In this document: positions 10,381 to 19,907 of the stretch, one piece after another
Layout of the letters: every line of letters begins with the position of its first letter
Position numbering within the stretch: position 1 is the first letter of the stretch
Source of the DNA: Candidatus Poribacteria bacterium
GTDB taxonomy: Bacteria; Poribacteria; WGA-4E; WGA-3G
Assembly: GCA_965205015.1 (NCBI GenBank)
Contig: OZ242029.1
Location: forward strand, 320,001 to 384,000
Direction: 5' to 3'
Length of the DNA: 64,000 bases
Program-made: the position numbers and the translations under genes
Notes under the pieces: generated by a model
The model's database searches: none
The model's input: only the letters and a program-made list of their open reading frames with translations
Told to the model about the DNA's origin: nothing

Positions 10381-10617
10381 TTAAGGCAATTTGACCATAC
10401 AATTCAAAGGTTTATCCGGTAATTTCCCTTGTTCCTCACAAACTTTGAAGTAGTCCTCAAGGGATTTTTGCATTTCTTTCCTAAGTCGAATTATAGATGC
10501 CCCATAGAACGTGATTACATCTTGTGTATTAATCACAGTTCCATGAAAAAGGTCAATCCCTGGGTCGCAATCGACGATTCCAATACAACCTTTGTATTCA
10601 ATCGTGGTGTAATTCCC
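10381..10617 (-). pseudogene. hicB: HicB-family antitoxin remnant, absent from the ORF track
   Basis: Hand translation YTTIEYKGCIGIVDCDPGIDLFHGTVINTQDVITFYGASIIRLRKEMQKSLEDYFKVCEEQGKLPDKP fits the HicB pattern; in-frame TAG at 10618-10620, no canonical start, truncated C-terminus. Confidence 0.7.
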
Positions 10618-10643
10618 CTACTTTGGAGAAATCAATGAAATCT

Positions 10644-13600
10644 TCATTTAAGCCGCTCTACGAGGTTTGTCAGTGGAAAGCCCTTTGCTTCCCATATAGG
10701 CCTTTTGACGAGGACTCCTGATTTACCTTCTTCAACTATTAATTGAAGGTCAGTGGTATCATCGTCGATAATGCCATCCCGCATTTTTTTTAGCTTGTCA
10801 AGTTTTTTGTACAATGGTTTTACGCGGTCACCAATATCTTCTATAAACAACATCTTCTTCCTAACGTTTTCTGGAGTAGCGTCTTCCTGTCCGAGTGGAA
10901 CGACGCAGAGCAGATATTCTTTGCCATGTTTTACAGCCTCTTGTGCTTGTGGGAAACTCATACGAATGCCCTGATGGTTGTCTTCAGTTCGTGTGGTTTT
11001 CACCTCAACTCGCCAAGTTTTACTAGAGTTATTTTGAACAACCTCGAGTTCTGTTATGTGGCCGGTCATGTCAAAATCCCACCCTCTGTGGTTAGATTTC
11101 ACCTTGAATTTTTTCTCATCCAATATCTGGCCTACCATTTCTTCCACCAATAATCCTAAACTTTTGTTCGCTTGGATAGTGAGATCCTGACCCTTTTTCT
11201 TTTCATATTCCTCTAGGAATTTTTTGTCTTGAACGGCCTCATTTACCAAAGGTAGATTGTCACCGACTGTATCCAGTATCTGTTCAATTTGGTGACGCTT
11301 TTCATTGTCCTCCATGTGACGCGCTAACTGAGGGCTTTCAGATAACGTTGAGGCAATGTTAATTACCTTATCTGATATGAATAATCGTTTTAAGGCAGAC
11401 GGATCCACATTTATCGCTTTCAGGAGTTCACCAATGTCAGGATTTTGGTTCAGAGAGCTCATATCCCATCTATCCCGAAGCAGATTAGCCAAAGATGAAG
11501 GTTCTGCGGGGAAATGAGGGTCTCCAAGTCGAATCCATTTGTTACTTCGCACCGCTTTCAGCCATTTTGCTGAATAGTATTTATGAGTTTTGCGGCAAAC
11601 GCTGCACATTACCTCCTTTTCTTCGAAACCTAGACGATCCTCTTTAATCAGATATTCGGTGAGAAATCTCCAGAATAGGTAAGAATTGTCCCGGTTACTG
11701 CGGGCGTTACGCATGATTTCGTTCCATTCTAAAACATCTGTAGTGGGGAAAGGGGTATTAGCTTCATGGTCTTTTTTATCATCCTCATTCTCATACACTT
11801 CTGGGGAAAAAAACTTGAAGTCATCTGACTCACCGTCTATGATTACCCTTTCTGATTTAATAAGGTGTCGGTTGTCAAGTTCTTTCCATGCGTCTGGTTT
11901 GAGCACAACTTCAAAGAAAGCGTCCGCCAATATACGCTCGGCTGGAAAAAGATCAGAGAAAGGTTTCAGATTTTCTGTCCAGGCACAGAAAGGTGCCAAT
12001 GGCGGTCTGTTCGTATGAGCACTCGGTAGATGAAGAATAGATAAACTGTTAGATTTGATATCGTCTGTGAATACAGGAAAACCCCGTAAACGATCCCAGT
12101 CCTCTTGATTGACTATCCAGCCAAAGAGTCGTGTACTCGCTACCTTGAAGTTGTCGTCTGTATTCTCGTCAGCGCGGTCCCGGAGTTTTTGGCGGAGCGT
12201 GTCAACGACCTCGTTGCCATCCATATCGCCGTATCCATTTTCGTCGGTTAATGAAGTAAGTCGAATATCACGAAGTTTCTGTCGGACCGGCCAATTAAGC
12301 ATCTCTGCAATTTCTTTTAGTTCTTTGTCTATTCCCAGATCTCGATGCAGAGCAGGTAACTTGTCAAGGAAACCTGATTGGTCAACGACAATATAATGTT
12401 CACGTACTGCCTCACGTAATTCGTTTTCATTCAAGAAGTAATGTAACTGATTCAACCATTCAACTGCAGAAACACCCTCCCGAAGTAAGTTTTGGAGGTC
12501 TTCAATCTTGCCGTAAGTGTTATTTTTACGAGTATTTGCCTCAATGGAAGATGCCAATTTCACACCATCCACTACTTCACTGAGCAAAGACATTGGTTCG
12601 TCTTGGTGCACATCTGCCCAACCTTTGACAACATTACACCATCCTGTTGCTTCTTCTCGCCTCGGCAAAATTTTACGTAGTCCCTTCATGCTTTCTAACA
12701 AATCCCAAAGAGCAAGTACACTGGTTTCACTCTCTGCCAATGGCAGTTTAGCCTTTTCTAGTTGCGTGGGATTGTCATCCGGATTGAGTACCGTGGGTGT
12801 TTGGTAAATTTTTTCAATTAGATTTTCTCTAAGGCATGTTCTAAGCCATTCTGTATTAAGCCAATCCTTGTTCTGGATAGCAGCTACTTCCATCCACTGG
12901 TGCACATGATGCCAACCCTTTGATGAAGCAAACTGGAGTAGTCTAACAAGCAATCCACATGCTTCTTTAATAATGACTTGATTGTTACGATTTGCCTCGT
13001 TATCGCTTTGTCCTAGATACACACCATCGCGGTCCTCTGTTGGCTTAAAATCCCAATTATTGATGACAGCAGGGAAACTAAAAGTTTCTGTACCCACCAA
13101 AGGAAAAGCAGAGAATAGGCGAGGAGTTTCCTCAAGAGGAGTTTCCTCAATTGGTAGACATACCAATCTGTCCCCATCCGATTCAAAAGGGACAGTGACA
13201 GAAGTTTTTTTGTCACCTTCTGCCAGAAGATATTTTCTTTCTTTTAAATTGCCATCTTTGCTTTCCACCACGGTGATTTGCTGAGTTCCAAGTTCATCCA
13301 AAGGTAGACGTTCAACGACTTCAAAATACAGCATTTCGTCGTGATCTTCGATGTCAATACGGACGAATTTTTCATTGAAGGCAACAACATACGAGACACA
13401 TTGTTTTAGTGCTGCGATTCCTGCCTCGGCTGCTTTTATTCCTTTATCCTCAGTAATAGGGTACCTGAAGCATGTGGTAAAGGGGCTAGGCATCGGGACT
13501 GCCAGAGATAAGGAAGGATTGAAATCTTTCCACGCTTGGTTCATTGACGCACGAAGTGTTTCGACTGATTCAGGTTTACGCTTGAGGCGGAAATCAAACC

Positions 13601-13994
13601 ATTGCCCATCGTCAAGTTGGCCTGAAACATCTATTTCCGACGACAATAGGTGCGTTGTAAGAAAACCACTACCGTATTGTCCCTTTGTTTCTTCATCTTC
13701 AACTTTCGTTGAACCATGAAAAATGAGGCGTTGTATCTGTTCCTTTTCAAATCCACTCCCATTGTGCAAAAAGACGAGTTCCTCGGGGCTATATTTAATA
13801 GAAACAATAAGGTTTTTATCGTATATTGTTGAAGCATCATGTGCATTCTGCAACAGTTCCCAGATCCACCGCGTATGTCTGTTTTTGCGATTATCTTCCA
13901 AGGCAGTGAGGTACTTGTGAACTGCTTGTGCTACGGTTACAGTGAACCCATCGTCTTTAATTTTAGCTTTCTCTTTTTCCCATTGGTTTGTCAT
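10644..13994 (-). CDS. Sacsin/NOV-like GHKL ATPase with C-terminal DUF3883-type nuclease domain
   Basis: WELLQNAHDA, HNGSGF and GQYGSGFLTTH (GHKL motifs); C-terminal HRGWDFD...VEVKTT...MSFPQ. Confidence 0.75.
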   Translation of the reverse strand: MTNQWEKEKAKIKDDGFTVTVAQAVHKYLTALEDNRKNRHTRWIWELLQNAHDASTIYDKNLIVSIKYSPEELVFLHNGSGFEKEQIQRLIFHGSTKVEDEETKGQYGSGFLTTHLLSSEIDVSGQLDDGQWFDFRLKRKPESVETLRASMNQAWKDFNPSLSLAVPMPSPFTTCFRYPITEDKGIKAAEAGIAALKQCVSYVVAFNEKFVRIDIEDHDEMLYFEVVERLPLDELGTQQITVVESKDGNLKERKYLLAEGDKKTSVTVPFESDGDRLVCLPIEETPLEETPRLFSAFPLVGTETFSFPAVINNWDFKPTEDRDGVYLGQSDNEANRNNQVIIKEACGLLVRLLQFASSKGWHHVHQWMEVAAIQNKDWLNTEWLRTCLRENLIEKIYQTPTVLNPDDNPTQLEKAKLPLAESETSVLALWDLLESMKGLRKILPRREEATGWCNVVKGWADVHQDEPMSLLSEVVDGVKLASSIEANTRKNNTYGKIEDLQNLLREGVSAVEWLNQLHYFLNENELREAVREHYIVVDQSGFLDKLPALHRDLGIDKELKEIAEMLNWPVRQKLRDIRLTSLTDENGYGDMDGNEVVDTLRQKLRDRADENTDDNFKVASTRLFGWIVNQEDWDRLRGFPVFTDDIKSNSLSILHLPSAHTNRPPLAPFCAWTENLKPFSDLFPAERILADAFFEVVLKPDAWKELDNRHLIKSERVIIDGESDDFKFFSPEVYENEDDKKDHEANTPFPTTDVLEWNEIMRNARSNRDNSYLFWRFLTEYLIKEDRLGFEEKEVMCSVCRKTHKYYSAKWLKAVRSNKWIRLGDPHFPAEPSSLANLLRDRWDMSSLNQNPDIGELLKAINVDPSALKRLFISDKVINIASTLSESPQLARHMEDNEKRHQIEQILDTVGDNLPLVNEAVQDKKFLEEYEKKKGQDLTIQANKSLGLLVEEMVGQILDEKKFKVKSNHRGWDFDMTGHITELEVVQNNSSKTWRVEVKTTRTEDNHQGIRMSFPQAQEAVKHGKEYLLCVVPLGQEDATPENVRKKMLFIEDIGDRVKPLYKKLDKLKKMRDGIIDDDTTDLQLIVEEGKSGVLVKRPIWEAKGFPLTNLVERLK

Positions 13995-14026
13995 AGTGAT
14001 TCCTTTCTATGAAAATTTACAAGAAG

Positions 14027-14053
14027 CGGGTGGATGTGAATAGCATCCACCCG
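14027..14053 (-). terminator. Hairpin, probable terminator after the dehydrogenase gene
   Basis: cgggtggatg-N7-catccacccg perfect 10-bp stem; weak U-tract on the minus strand. Confidence 0.5.
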
Positions 14054-14089
14054 TATGAATTCCATACATGGCTTACTAAATATGGACTT

Positions 14090-15040
14090 CTAAAAACCGA
14101 GTTGCTTGTTCACAATGTTTCGCAACTCCTCACCTTTCAGATACCGTTCTAAGTTATCCAAGAAGAATGAGGTAATACGACGCATGCGGTGCTGTGAACC
14201 CCCCGCAGAATGCGGCGATATGATAACATTGTCAAAATCCCACAACGGACTGTCTTCCTGGAGCGGTTCAACCTCAGTGACATCTAAACCCGCCGCCGCA
14301 ATTGTGCCGGCACGCAGAATCTCAATCAGATCCGGTTCATTGACAATCGGACCGCGAGCGACGTTGATAAAGAACGCTGTCGGCTGCATCACGGATAGGT
14401 TGTCTTTATTGATAAGCCCCCGTGTCTCCTCCGTCAACGGACACGCAATCATAACGACGTCCACTTGACTCATCATATTCGAGAGCTGATCCAGTGGCAT
14501 CAGTTCATCAACGGTGTCGGGTTTATCGGTGCGGTAGGCATCGACAGCCATCACGTGCATATCAAAACCCTTTGCGCGTTTCGCCATCTCCATTCCGATA
14601 CCGCCCATCCCAACGATACCGATCTTGAATCCGTCGATCTCAATCATCGGCATTGTTCTGGCACCGCCCCATTGATGCTTGTCCTGATTCCGAACGGATT
14701 CGTGGATACCGCGCGCCAAACCGAGCAACAGGGCAAACGCTTGGTCTGCGACGTGTTTCGCGTACAGTCCTGCGGCGTTCGTCAAGATCACATCACTTTC
14801 ACGGAGGGCGGGGTACATGTGTCGGTCCATACCTGCACTGGAAGATTGAACCCATTTGATATTGGGTAGATGCGGAAAAAGGTCCTCGCTGCAGTACCCG
14901 TAAAAGACTTCAGCATCTTTACCCGCTTCAATAAGTTCCTCGCGTGAACCTGGGATAACAAAGGTATGCTCGTCCCCGACGATGCTCTCCAATCTCTGGA
15001 GCAGTTCACCTTCAACACGTCCTTGAAGTAGAATTTTCAT
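14090..15040 (-). CDS. D-2-hydroxyacid dehydrogenase (NAD-binding)
   Basis: GIVGMGGIG, INVARG, LDVTEVEPL, SPHSAG. Confidence 0.92.
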   Translation of the reverse strand: MKILLQGRVEGELLQRLESIVGDEHTFVIPGSREELIEAGKDAEVFYGYCSEDLFPHLPNIKWVQSSSAGMDRHMYPALRESDVILTNAAGLYAKHVADQAFALLLGLARGIHESVRNQDKHQWGGARTMPMIEIDGFKIGIVGMGGIGMEMAKRAKGFDMHVMAVDAYRTDKPDTVDELMPLDQLSNMMSQVDVVMIACPLTEETRGLINKDNLSVMQPTAFFINVARGPIVNEPDLIEILRAGTIAAAGLDVTEVEPLQEDSPLWDFDNVIISPHSAGGSQHRMRRITSFFLDNLERYLKGEELRNIVNKQLGF

Positions 15041-15073
15041 ATACTAAAGTGTCCTTTCATCTAACATAGGTAA

Positions 15074-15146
15074 TTGGAAGCGTGGAAGAATGGAAGGGGT
15101 AAGGGAGGACAGTTCCTTCCAAACTTCCCTCCTTCTTCCATCCTAC
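15074..15146. repeat. Short TGGAAG repeats followed by inverted CTTCCA repeats
   Basis: tggaagcg tggaagaa tggaaggg ... cttccaaa cttccctc cttcttcca. Confidence 0.5.
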
Positions 15147-15154
15147 TTTCTTTT

Positions 15155-16051
15155 TTATGCCCACGGCGGTGTTTCCGGCAACAATTCCTGAAATTTGTCA
15201 ATCAACGCGTCCTCATAAGCACCCGCGTATTGTCCGTCAAAGAATTTATCCATCGCCTCGTCAAGGAAGAGTTGCCACGATGCGTCCTCAGAACCCGGAT
15301 TGACGGGGAAGAACAACGCCCCGACATCTCTCGCCGCCTTCAGGTCGCCCGGGGAATCACCGAGCATCAAGACATGGTTTTCGGGATACCTGTCTTTTGT
15401 CGTTATTGTGAGATGCTCCGTCTTCGTTCCCATCTCCTGTCCGGCGATCAGTGCGACATAGGCATCAATCTCGTGTTCAGCCCATTCCCGTATGAGTGCT
15501 TCATCCGGCGTAGCGGAAACGACGATGACATCCGATTTGCCCTGAAGCCGTTGCAGTGTCTCGCGTACCCCAGGAAAGGGAGGGAGGTTGTAGACAATCT
15601 CAGCGACACTCTCGTTCACCCCGAGACTCCATTCCATCACTTGGCGCAATTCGTCAAGCCGTTCCCCTATTGCGCTGTCAATTGCGGCTTGCAGTGCGGG
15701 GTTACCGAGTTTCGTCTCCGTTTCCGACCATTCTTGGAGGTGAGACAATGCTGGCACCGCAACTCCCATCTTTTGCACGAGTGGCATCTCGCGCAAGAAA
15801 TCGCAGACCAGCAGGATCGCTTTAAACCGATTCGTGCCACGCGTCTTTGAATAGAGATTCACAAAATCCCACGCCTGATGCACTTGTCGTGAGATAGATG
15901 CCAAGCCGAAATGTTTGACGAGGTTCACACTGAAACAGTCGTTGTGTTTGACCTCCATGCTATTGAAAACGCAACCGTCAGAGTCGATCCCGACGAAAAA
16001 TTCGTGTTGCGGTTGAAAATCGTATAATGCTTGTTGTGGTCCTTGCGTCAT
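15155..16051 (-). CDS. HAD-superfamily hydrolase
   Basis: GIDSDGCVF motif I, VVSAT motif II, MLGDSPGD motif IV. Confidence 0.88.
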   Translation of the reverse strand: MTQGPQQALYDFQPQHEFFVGIDSDGCVFNSMEVKHNDCFSVNLVKHFGLASISRQVHQAWDFVNLYSKTRGTNRFKAILLVCDFLREMPLVQKMGVAVPALSHLQEWSETETKLGNPALQAAIDSAIGERLDELRQVMEWSLGVNESVAEIVYNLPPFPGVRETLQRLQGKSDVIVVSATPDEALIREWAEHEIDAYVALIAGQEMGTKTEHLTITTKDRYPENHVLMLGDSPGDLKAARDVGALFFPVNPGSEDASWQLFLDEAMDKFFDGQYAGAYEDALIDKFQELLPETPPWA

Positions 16052-16060
16052 AAATTCTCC

Positions 16061-17524
16061 TTAATCAACAATAACCTCTGGTCGTCCTTCGAGCATCCAT
16101 TCGGTATGGAACACCGTCGGTTCTCCATCATTTCCGAGGATCGTGTTGCCATCTGCATCGAGTTTATGGTAGGTGTGCGCGCCGAAATAGTCACGCATCG
16201 CCTGAATCAGATTCGCAGAAAGTCTGCCGCTCCGGTAACTGTCGAAATAGGCTAAAGCGGAACTGAATGCCGGGATAGGAACACCGAGTTGCGTGGCTGT
16301 GCCGATAACACTTCGCCAGTTGGGTTGCGCCGTTTCAAGCACATCTCGGAAGTAGGAATCCAGCATGAGGTTCGGCAGTTCAGGATTTCGCTCGAACGCC
16401 TCTGCGATCCGATGCAGGAACTTCGCCCGAATGATACACCCGCCACGCCAACCGAGACTGATGGTGCCAAGGTCCAAATCCCATCCAAACTCTTCGCTTG
16501 CCTCCCGCATTAAGGCGAACCCTTGGGCATAAGAGCAGATCTTCGCGGCGTAAAGCGCGTCGTGAATCGCCTTGAGTGCCTCGTCCCGATCGCCTTGATA
16601 GGTGCCACCCGGTCCCTGGATAACCCGTTCTGCCGCAACACGTTCGCTCTTAACGGCGGAGATACAGCGTGCAAAAACCGCCTCTGCGATCGTCGGTGCG
16701 GAGATACCGAGATCCAGTGCCGAGATACTCGTCCATTTGCCGGTGCCCTTCTGTCCCGCCTGGTCCAGCACGACATCGACGAAAGGCGTGCCACTCTTAT
16801 CGAGTTGTGTGAAGATGTCAGCCGTAATTTCGATGAGGTAAGAATTTAATTCGCCGCCATTCCATTCGTTGAAAACTGCGTGCATCTCGTCGGCATCCAT
16901 GCCCAAGACCGCTTTCATCAGGGAGTAGGCTTCACATATCAGCTGCATGTCGCCATATTCAATGCCGTTATGCACCATCTTGACGTAATGCCCCGCGCCA
17001 TCGGGTCCGATATAGGAACAACACGGCGTACCTTCTACCTGCGCCGCAATTTTCGTAAAGATCGGCTCCACGAGTGCGTAAGCCTCGGCTGAACCACCCG
17101 GCATCATCGCCGGTCCCTTGAGGGCACCCTCTTCGCCCCCAGAGATACCCGTGCCGATAAACAGAATGTCCAGCTCAGCCAACTCTGCATGCCGACGGAC
17201 AGTGTCGTTGAAATTGGAGTTCCCGCCATCAATAATGAGGTCGCCCTTTGAGAGATGCGGGACCAACTGCCCAATAAACGCATCAACGGGTTCGCCTGCT
17301 TTCACCATCAAGATAATTTTTCGAGGGTTGTCTAATTTCTCAATGAATTCTGGGATGGAATGTGCGCCAGTGATATTTTTGCCGTTTGCTGCACCTGCGA
17401 TGAAATTGTCAACGCGTGAGACAGTGCGGTTAAAGACCGCTACTTCAAACCCTTTGCTTTCCATATTCAGTGCGAGGTTTTCGCCCATCACTGCTAATCC
17501 GATGAGTCCAATATCTGCCGCCAA
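16061..17524 (-). CDS. gnd: NADP-dependent 6-phosphogluconate dehydrogenase
   Basis: GLIGLAVMGENLALN, GHYVKMVHNGIEYGDMQ, QAMRDYFGAHTY; TTG start after AGGAGG. Confidence 0.97.
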   Translation of the reverse strand: MAADIGLIGLAVMGENLALNMESKGFEVAVFNRTVSRVDNFIAGAANGKNITGAHSIPEFIEKLDNPRKIILMVKAGEPVDAFIGQLVPHLSKGDLIIDGGNSNFNDTVRRHAELAELDILFIGTGISGGEEGALKGPAMMPGGSAEAYALVEPIFTKIAAQVEGTPCCSYIGPDGAGHYVKMVHNGIEYGDMQLICEAYSLMKAVLGMDADEMHAVFNEWNGGELNSYLIEITADIFTQLDKSGTPFVDVVLDQAGQKGTGKWTSISALDLGISAPTIAEAVFARCISAVKSERVAAERVIQGPGGTYQGDRDEALKAIHDALYAAKICSYAQGFALMREASEEFGWDLDLGTISLGWRGGCIIRAKFLHRIAEAFERNPELPNLMLDSYFRDVLETAQPNWRSVIGTATQLGVPIPAFSSALAYFDSYRSGRLSANLIQAMRDYFGAHTYHKLDADGNTILGNDGEPTVFHTEWMLEGRPEVIVD

Positions 17525-17653
17525 ATCTGTTTCCTCCTAATAGTAGTGTGTATTTTGCATATCATACATTACAGAAAACAACGATGTCAACAGAAAAATG
17601 AAAGATTGTAGAATGGAATTTGGAGGAAAATAGAATCTCCGTCTATAGGCGAA

Positions 17654-19642
17654 TTAAGAGTCTACAAAGGGTTTTACATCCCAAAGGAGGATAGTGCCAT
17701 CATACCCGCCACTCGCCAAAATCGTGCCATCAGGAGAGAACGCGAGACACTGAATATCGGTAGGGTGTCCTCGAAAGGTAGCAATATTTTTCCCACTTGC
17801 GACTTCCCATAATCGAATCGCAACCTTCTTTATCCCCATATCTCGCCGCCATCCTGAACCGGAAGCCAGATATCTGCTACAGGGAGAAAACACCAGCGAA
17901 TCCAACCAACTATCTGTTTCTGATAGAGGTATCGTGAGGCGGGTTTCAGCATGTTTCACATCCCACAACAAAATTCCTGGGTGCCCGCCCCCCGCAATCA
18001 TATGACCACAAGGCGAAAATACTATTGGATACATTTGATTAGGAAAGGTCCCAATTGCTTCACCACTTTCAACATCCCACAACCGGGATTCGGGACCGTT
18101 GCGCGTGATACTCACAAGCAACTTTTCATCTGGACTAAACGCAATTGCGTGGACCCAATCCTGGTGTGCTTTGAGTGTGTGTCGTCTATGCTGCTGGACA
18201 TCTGACACATACACGGTGCCTTCACTATCCCCGCATGCCAATAGGTTGCTTGTAGGTGCGAACGCTGCGACTGTTACCTGCCGCTTTTCCTCAGAAATGA
18301 GATTTTTTTCTTCAGGAAGCCTGAAAGAAGCAATCAGGGATTCGGTGTTTTTAATTTCCCACACCTTGGCAGTGTTGCCATCGGGACCCATCGCATGGAT
18401 TTTACCGAGCGGCGATATAGCGACAGCATTCCTGCCGCCAGATAAGTTAAAACGCGTCGGGGACTGCGATGGATCAGCAACATTCCATGACATTACGCCG
18501 TGTTCCCAATATCCGCCTGTAAGGGTTTTTCCATCCGACGAAAAGACTAACGAAACGGGAACGTCGGTATGTAAGTGAGGGTATGTCCCTGGTTTGAACT
18601 CGCCGACTGTCCACACCTTAAATTCACTTTCGGTTGCGGAAACGAACGGGTACTCTTTTGGTAAACGGTCCCCATGGAGACCTTGATGTGCTTCAAGGTA
18701 AGTGTCAGACTTTTCCTCACGTTCTACGTCCCACACCGCGAAGGTATCATAAGGTGGTTCCGCTGCATATAGCACACCCTCCGGCGAATAGAAAACCTGC
18801 TTTCGTTCCGCTCCATAATTCTGGGAATCCCGGATCATTTTCCAACTGTCAACTGTCCAAACGCGAACGCCACCCTTCCGTTCACCGGATGCGAGGAATT
18901 GTCCACATGGCGAAAAACAGAGGCTCTCTGCAAAATCGGTGAGTTCTGTGAGGCAGGCGAGCCGCTCCCCGCGCTTTATATCCCACACCGCGATGAAGTG
19001 AGAAGAATGCTTAGGGGTGTGGATGGTGTTGATTTGGTCCGCGTATACCATCAAACTTTCATCAGGCATCGTACACGCCAGCAAGTTCCCATCAGCGGAA
19101 AAAGCAATAGGGCGTCGGGATCCACCGAACCATCTGAAATTTGTTTCGCCGTGGAATTTTGCAATCTGTTCGCCTGTTTCAGGGTGCCAAACATATAGGA
19201 TATAATCTCGGATGCTGGAGACAGCAAGGCATTGACTGTCAGATGAAAAGACGAGATGGGAGACCAGATGATAAGGTTTCTCTGTCTCGTCTCGCTCCAT
19301 CTGTGAGATACAGACACCGCGCTGCAAATCCCATACTTTGACAAGACCGTCTCCATCACCGGTGGCAAGCCACTTGCCATTTGGCGAAAAGGAGATAGCG
19401 GAGATGTACCCGCGCGCTGTGTCCCACAACGCGATTGGCGTCATGGTGGGCACATCGTACCACCAGACACCTATACAACTGCCAACGGCGAGATACTTCC
19501 CATCTGGTGAGGGGGCAATATTTTCCATTATCCCTCTACCTTGTGCGAATCGGGCAACCGCATTCTCAGGAAGTTCCCATGTGGTTATATCACTGTTTTC
19601 AGGCTGCATAATAGCAGGCGACCATTTTTCACTATTTGGCAT
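17654..19642 (-). CDS. WD40-repeat protein
   Basis: Many FSPDG/WD repeats, e.g. GHPTDIQCLAFSPDGTILASGGYDGTILLWD. Confidence 0.92.
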   Translation of the reverse strand: MPNSEKWSPAIMQPENSDITTWELPENAVARFAQGRGIMENIAPSPDGKYLAVGSCIGVWWYDVPTMTPIALWDTARGYISAISFSPNGKWLATGDGDGLVKVWDLQRGVCISQMERDETEKPYHLVSHLVFSSDSQCLAVSSIRDYILYVWHPETGEQIAKFHGETNFRWFGGSRRPIAFSADGNLLACTMPDESLMVYADQINTIHTPKHSSHFIAVWDIKRGERLACLTELTDFAESLCFSPCGQFLASGERKGGVRVWTVDSWKMIRDSQNYGAERKQVFYSPEGVLYAAEPPYDTFAVWDVEREEKSDTYLEAHQGLHGDRLPKEYPFVSATESEFKVWTVGEFKPGTYPHLHTDVPVSLVFSSDGKTLTGGYWEHGVMSWNVADPSQSPTRFNLSGGRNAVAISPLGKIHAMGPDGNTAKVWEIKNTESLIASFRLPEEKNLISEEKRQVTVAAFAPTSNLLACGDSEGTVYVSDVQQHRRHTLKAHQDWVHAIAFSPDEKLLVSITRNGPESRLWDVESGEAIGTFPNQMYPIVFSPCGHMIAGGGHPGILLWDVKHAETRLTIPLSETDSWLDSLVFSPCSRYLASGSGWRRDMGIKKVAIRLWEVASGKNIATFRGHPTDIQCLAFSPDGTILASGGYDGTILLWDVKPFVDS

Positions 19643-19782
19643 TAAGCTGTATCCTTTGCGTAATTGCCATGATTTGGCTTGGAATAACGTCTCGTCTTAT
19701 ATATTCGGAGCGTAACAGATTTCATCGCACAATAATCCACTTATACACATTCTTGGATGCACTTTCACTTGTTCTGAAGAGG

Positions 19783-19805
19783 TCGCGAGCACAGCGCGCT
19801 CCTAC
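19783..19805 (-). repeat. GTAG-type REP
   Basis: Minus strand GTAGGAGCGCGCTGTGCTCGCGA: GTAG tetranucleotide plus imperfect palindrome. Confidence 0.55.
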
Positions 19806-19907
19806 AAGAAGCGGCTGCTTCGTATTACTGAAAACTTGATTAATACAGATAGCCGAAATTCACGTCAAAATATAATATACCCTCTTAACAGAATACCACA
19901 CGGCAAA

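Noticed and set aside
3900-14000. Intact prophage or integron cassette array
   Set aside because: No integrase, structural phage genes or convincing attC sites were seen.
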